Assembly: GCA_016288795.1 (NCBI GenBank)
Contig: JAEELI010000007.1
Span: 5,142 to 69,141 of the forward strand
Reading direction: 5' to 3'
DNA length: 64,000 nucleotides
Origin: Bacillales bacterium
GTDB taxonomy: Bacteria > Bacillota_I > Bacilli_A > RF39 > UBA660
Below, piece by piece: positions 60,107-64,000 of this stretch (the stretch's first letter is position 1; each line of letters begins with the position of its first letter). The notes under the pieces were generated by a model. That model ran no database searches, was not told the DNA's origin, and saw only the letters and a program-made list of their open reading frames with translations. The translations under genes and the position numbers were made by a program.

Positions 60107-61537
60107 CTATTTATTTAATTTAGTATTTAATATTTCTTTAACCAATGATGGATTAGCTTTTCCCCTAGTTTCTTTCATTACTTGGCCAACAAAATAATCA
60201 AACAAATTGGTTCTTCCATTATGATAATCCTCAATTTGCTTTGAATTATTTTCTAAAACTTTATTAATAATTTCCTCAAGTAAGGATTCATCTGATATTT
60301 GTGCAGAATCACTTGTAATGTAGTTCTTTGGTTCATTTTTTTCTTCTAAAGATTTATTAAATATTTCTTTAGCTTGTTTAGAAGAGATTGTTCCTTTATC
60401 TAGAGCATCAATTATTTGTTTTAACAAATTAGGAGTTAAATAAAAATCTTTTAATTCTATAGCCCACTTATTTAAGTAAGCAATTATATTAACTATTAAA
60501 TAATTCGCTACAGTCTTAGGGTTCATTCCTAATTTAATACATTCTTCAAAATACTCAGCATAAGATTTTTCTTTAACAATAATTGTGGCATCATAATTTG
60601 ATAAACCATATTCTTTTATATATAGTTCCTTTCTCTCTCTAGGCAACATTGGGATAGATTTCTTTATTTCATCAAGCCAAGATTTCTTTATTTTAAACTT
60701 AGGTATATTAGGTTCAATAAAATATTTATAATCTATTGCATCCACCTTGCTACGCATTCTTTTTGTAGTTCCACTTTCTTCATCAAATCTTCTAGTCTCT
60801 TGTTCTACTTCATCATATCTACCAGCGTCTTTTAACTCGCTTTGTCTTTTAATTTCATAGTTAATTGCTTCACGAACGTTGGCAAAAGAATTGACATTTT
60901 TAATCTCTACTTTAGTTCCAAGTTCCTTAGCGCCTTCTTCCATTATGGAAACATTAACGTCACATCTAATTTGACCTTTTTTAGTATCTGCATCAGATAT
61001 ATCACAATATTGATATATTTTGCGCATTGCCTCAAGGAACGCTACTGCTTCATCAGCATTATCTAAACATGGTGCTGTAACTAACTCTAACAGTGGCACT
61101 CCTGCTCTATTGTAGTCAATTAAAGAATAATTTGAATAATGATTTAATCTAGCAGAATCTTCTTCTAAATGGATATCTAATATATCAACCTTCTTATCAT
61201 AACCATCCATTTCTATTGTTATGCTACCATTAACTCCAACCGGATTATGCATCTGAGTTATTTGATATCCCTTAGGCAAATCAGGATAATAATAATTTTT
61301 TCGATCAAATACCATATACTCAGGTTGTTTGCAATTAAGAATAATTGAGGCCATCAAACCTTTTCTAATACATTCTATGTTAAGTGATGGTAATGTTCCT
61401 GGAAATGCCATATCAACCGGAGATACATATATATTTGGTAAATCTTCGTAGGAGTTTTTAGCTTTAGAAAATACTTTAGCATTACTTTTTAATTCACAAT
61501 GCATTTCTAAACCAATTACTGCTTTATATTTTCCCAT
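60107..61537 (-). CDS. gatB: Asp-tRNA(Asn)/Glu-tRNA(Gln) amidotransferase subunit B
   Basis: AVIGLEMHCEL and the overall GatB architecture. Confidence 0.95.
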   Translation of the reverse strand: MGKYKAVIGLEMHCELKSNAKVFSKAKNSYEDLPNIYVSPVDMAFPGTLPSLNIECIRKGLMASIILNCKQPEYMVFDRKNYYYPDLPKGYQITQMHNPVGVNGSITIEMDGYDKKVDILDIHLEEDSARLNHYSNYSLIDYNRAGVPLLELVTAPCLDNADEAVAFLEAMRKIYQYCDISDADTKKGQIRCDVNVSIMEEGAKELGTKVEIKNVNSFANVREAINYEIKRQSELKDAGRYDEVEQETRRFDEESGTTKRMRSKVDAIDYKYFIEPNIPKFKIKKSWLDEIKKSIPMLPRERKELYIKEYGLSNYDATIIVKEKSYAEYFEECIKLGMNPKTVANYLIVNIIAYLNKWAIELKDFYLTPNLLKQIIDALDKGTISSKQAKEIFNKSLEEKNEPKNYITSDSAQISDESLLEEIINKVLENNSKQIEDYHNGRTNLFDYFVGQVMKETRGKANPSLVKEILNTKLNK

Positions 61538-62997
61538 TATTTATCATCTCCTAACTTAGCTATTTGTCCTTTATAGTTCATTAAACTTTCAAGTTTGTAA
61601 GCTATATTTAAGAGTTTTTCATCTTCATAACAATTAGCGGTCATATTTATACCAACAGGCATATTATTGATAAAACCATTAGGAATAGTAATTGATGGAA
61701 AACCACCAAAATTACCTATTTGTAAATGATTCTCTAAGACTTTAGTTTCATTATCAGGAACTTTATCTAAAGCATTTTCCAAATAAGGTGCTGGACCACT
61801 TCCTACTGGAAGTATTAAAGCATCATATTTTTTAAACTGTTCTTTTATTAAGTCTACAATTAATCTTCTAACTCTTTGAGCATTGACAAAGTATTTCTCT
61901 TGATTTTCTTTTTGTAAAATATATGACCCAATAACAAATCTTCTTTTAATTAATGGAGAAAATCCCTTGGTGCGATGATCTTTCATCATTTCTTCAGAAT
62001 TAGAACCTTTCCCTCTTGGCCCAAATGAAATTCCAGTTAAATTAGACATATTGCTAGTTGCTTCAGCACATGACAAACAAACATATACACTTGGAATTGC
62101 ATTAAGAATGTTTTTGCCTATACTAATGGCTTCAATTATAAAACCTTCTTTTTTTAATAAATCTATAGTTTTATTAAAATTATCTAAATGTTCAATTAAT
62201 TCCTTAGAAGCCTCAGGATAATTATCTTTATCAACTATTTCTTTTATATAAAATAGTTTTTTGCCTTTAATATCTTTTTTTAAATTCTTATATAAAGAAA
62301 TACCTTTTGAATCCCAAGAAGTTAAATCTTTATTATCTTGGCCTTTCATAGCATCAACTACGATTGCTGCATCCTCAACTGATCTAGTTAATACCCCACA
62401 TGTGTCTAAACTAGAGGCAAAAGGAAATAAGCCGTATCTGGAAATCATTCCATATGTTGGCTTGTAACCAACTATACCAGTGTATGCTGCTGGTTTTCTA
62501 ATAGAATCTCCTGTGTCACTTCCTAAAGCATATGGATATATGCCTGCAGCTACTGCTGCTGCACTTCCAGCAGAAGAACCACCACACATTCTTTTTAAAT
62601 CCCACGGATTTTTGACACTACCAGTATGACATGTAGTTCCAGTTCCACCCATACCAAACTCATCGAGCGCAGTTTTATTAACTGCTATAGCTCCATTTTT
62701 TTCTAAATTTTCTACTGCAGTTGCCGAAAAAAATGGAATATAATCTTTTAATGTCATGGATGATCCAGTGGATAGTATTCCTTTAGTAGAATAATTATCC
62801 TTTATACCATAAGGAATCCCAGACAAAAGACTATCAGTTACTTCAGATAGGACTGGATCATCTACGATGGTTACAAATGCAGAGCATTTTTTATTAAGTT
62901 CTTTTGATTTATTAATGGATTCTTTAACTAAATCTGAAACATTTAGTTTTTTATTAATTAGTAAATCGTGTAGTTCTTTTATACCTTTCTCAGTCAT
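61537..62997 (-). CDS. gatA: Asp-tRNA(Asn)/Glu-tRNA(Gln) amidotransferase subunit A (amidase)
   Basis: Amidase signature GGSSAGSAAAVAAG and the Ser-cisSer-Lys region. Confidence 0.95.
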   Translation of the reverse strand: MTEKGIKELHDLLINKKLNVSDLVKESINKSKELNKKCSAFVTIVDDPVLSEVTDSLLSGIPYGIKDNYSTKGILSTGSSMTLKDYIPFFSATAVENLEKNGAIAVNKTALDEFGMGGTGTTCHTGSVKNPWDLKRMCGGSSAGSAAAVAAGIYPYALGSDTGDSIRKPAAYTGIVGYKPTYGMISRYGLFPFASSLDTCGVLTRSVEDAAIVVDAMKGQDNKDLTSWDSKGISLYKNLKKDIKGKKLFYIKEIVDKDNYPEASKELIEHLDNFNKTIDLLKKEGFIIEAISIGKNILNAIPSVYVCLSCAEATSNMSNLTGISFGPRGKGSNSEEMMKDHRTKGFSPLIKRRFVIGSYILQKENQEKYFVNAQRVRRLIVDLIKEQFKKYDALILPVGSGPAPYLENALDKVPDNETKVLENHLQIGNFGGFPSITIPNGFINNMPVGINMTANCYEDEKLLNIAYKLESLMNYKGQIAKLGDDK

Positions 62998-63293
62998 TAT
63001 TCCACCACCCTTGGAACTTTAATCTCTCTATCTTCATAATCATCACAATTAGATAGTAAATCTTCTATACTAGGACTATCTTCAAATATGTCTTCGCTAG
63101 GAGTAAATTCAAAATCATCTAAAGCATGTGTCATTGGTTCAACATTAGAAATACCAGGAATATTATTAATTAATTCCATTTCTTTATTGATAATATCAAA
63201 TTCACTTAAAACCATGGCATTCTCTTCTTTAGAAAGACCTATTAATAGTTTATCAGCATAAGAATCAACTAATTCTTTTGTCCATTTGCTCAT
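62997..63293 (-). CDS. gatC: Asp-tRNA(Asn)/Glu-tRNA(Gln) amidotransferase subunit C
   Basis: 98 aa, coupled to gatA. Confidence 0.8.
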   Translation of the reverse strand: MSKWTKELVDSYADKLLIGLSKEENAMVLSEFDIINKEMELINNIPGISNVEPMTHALDDFEFTPSEDIFEDSPSIEDLLSNCDDYEDREIKVPRVVE

Positions 63294-63304
63294 AAAAATC
63301 CTCC

Positions 63305-63853
63305 TTATTTATTAATACTTTTTAATATCTCATCTAATCTTCTATATACTGCTTCTTTATCAGTATTATTTAATACAAAGTAATCCGCATAACTAATTGG
63401 ACCGCCTTTAGCTAAGTTTTCAATTTCTGCGATATCTCTTTCATTTGCCTCTTCAAAAGTAAATGGTCGAATATCTCTTTTACTTAGTCTCTCATATCTT
63501 AATGGTTTATCAGCAATAATTGCAATAAGAACTATATCATCTTTAAATTCTTTTTTTAGGACTAATAACTCATCCCATGAATATAACCCATCTAAAACGA
63601 CTAATCCTTTTTGGGATAATTCTTTTATTTCGGGAAGCAATATCTTTGCATATGCTCCCATTCCTAATTCAGCACGTAATTTTTCGCGCATCATTTTTTC
63701 ATTTTCAGGTGTCACTTCAATATTTTCTTCTTTTAATTTACTTAGGGTTACTCCCCCAAAATAAACTTTTTGATAATTTAAACTTTCTAAATATTCACAG
63801 GCAACTGATTTGCCAGAGCCACACATTCCAACTATAGCAATTATTTTACTCAT
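63305..63853 (-). CDS. P-loop nucleotide/nucleoside kinase-like protein (AAA_18-like)
   Basis: IAIVGMCGSGKS Walker A. At 182 aa with RBS AGGAGG, it sits between an aaRS gene and gatC. Confidence 0.5.
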   Translation of the reverse strand: MSKIIAIVGMCGSGKSVACEYLESLNYQKVYFGGVTLSKLKEENIEVTPENEKMMREKLRAELGMGAYAKILLPEIKELSQKGLVVLDGLYSWDELLVLKKEFKDDIVLIAIIADKPLRYERLSKRDIRPFTFEEANERDIAEIENLAKGGPISYADYFVLNNTDKEAVYRRLDEILKSINK

Positions 63854-63861
63854 ATAAACCT

Positions 63862-64000
63862 CCTACGGATTAAGTCTATTAGGTCCTCTAAACAAGAATT
63901 GGGCTTCACGGATGTGATCTAAACCTAATAATAACATTGTAATTCTATCTACGCCAATGGCAAATCCACCATGAGGAGGACATCCATATTTAAAGAATTG
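63862..64000 (-). CDS. Class IIb aminoacyl-tRNA synthetase (AsnRS / archaeal-type AspRS), C-terminal fragment; 5' part beyond the window
   Basis: The minus-strand translation is ...[42 protein letters not shown], the class II motif 3 region and the FPRDPKRL-type C-terminus. Confidence 0.7.

Overview
This is a very AT-rich (~25-30% GC) chromosomal segment from a low-GC, spore-forming Firmicute. The taxonomic call is inference from marker genes: SpoIVFA/SpoIVFB, a YjcZ-like small protein, a DUF2642-like protein, SpoVE/FtsW and ComEA/ComEC.

The left ~33 kb is accessory-like:
- A 3'-partial large serine recombinase sits at the window edge.
- It is followed by a membrane HExxH metalloprotease, two tandem paralogous small proteins with near-identical terminators, and many unknown genes.
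- A tightly coupled cluster encodes a B12-binding radical SAM enzyme, an AsnB-like adenylating enzyme, a MacB-type ABC exporter, a DUF218 membrane protein and a nitroreductase.
- Also present are Nudix and deoxyribosyltransferase-like genes, two ABC exporter modules, and comEA/comEC.

The right ~30 kb is core:
- Three tRNAs.
- obg, ruvAB, and a folD-glyA-thyA-folA thymidylate operon with an extra pyrH-like kinase and tmk.
- queA, tgt, and an N-domain-less clpB preceded by a perfect CIRCE.
- xerC/D-like, rarA, gpsA, tcdA, rplU-prp-rpmA, spoIVFA/B, mreCD, gatCAB and a class IIb aaRS fragment.

The most interesting unexplained items are:
- the radical SAM/AsnB-like/exporter cluster, which carries a 13-bp motif shared between its two 5' UTRs;
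- a tandem palindromic repeat array between convergent genes;
- a well-expressed-looking 33-aa ultra-basic Ser-rich ORF.

No CRISPR array was seen. All calls are from reading the sequence and translations; no database searches were run.
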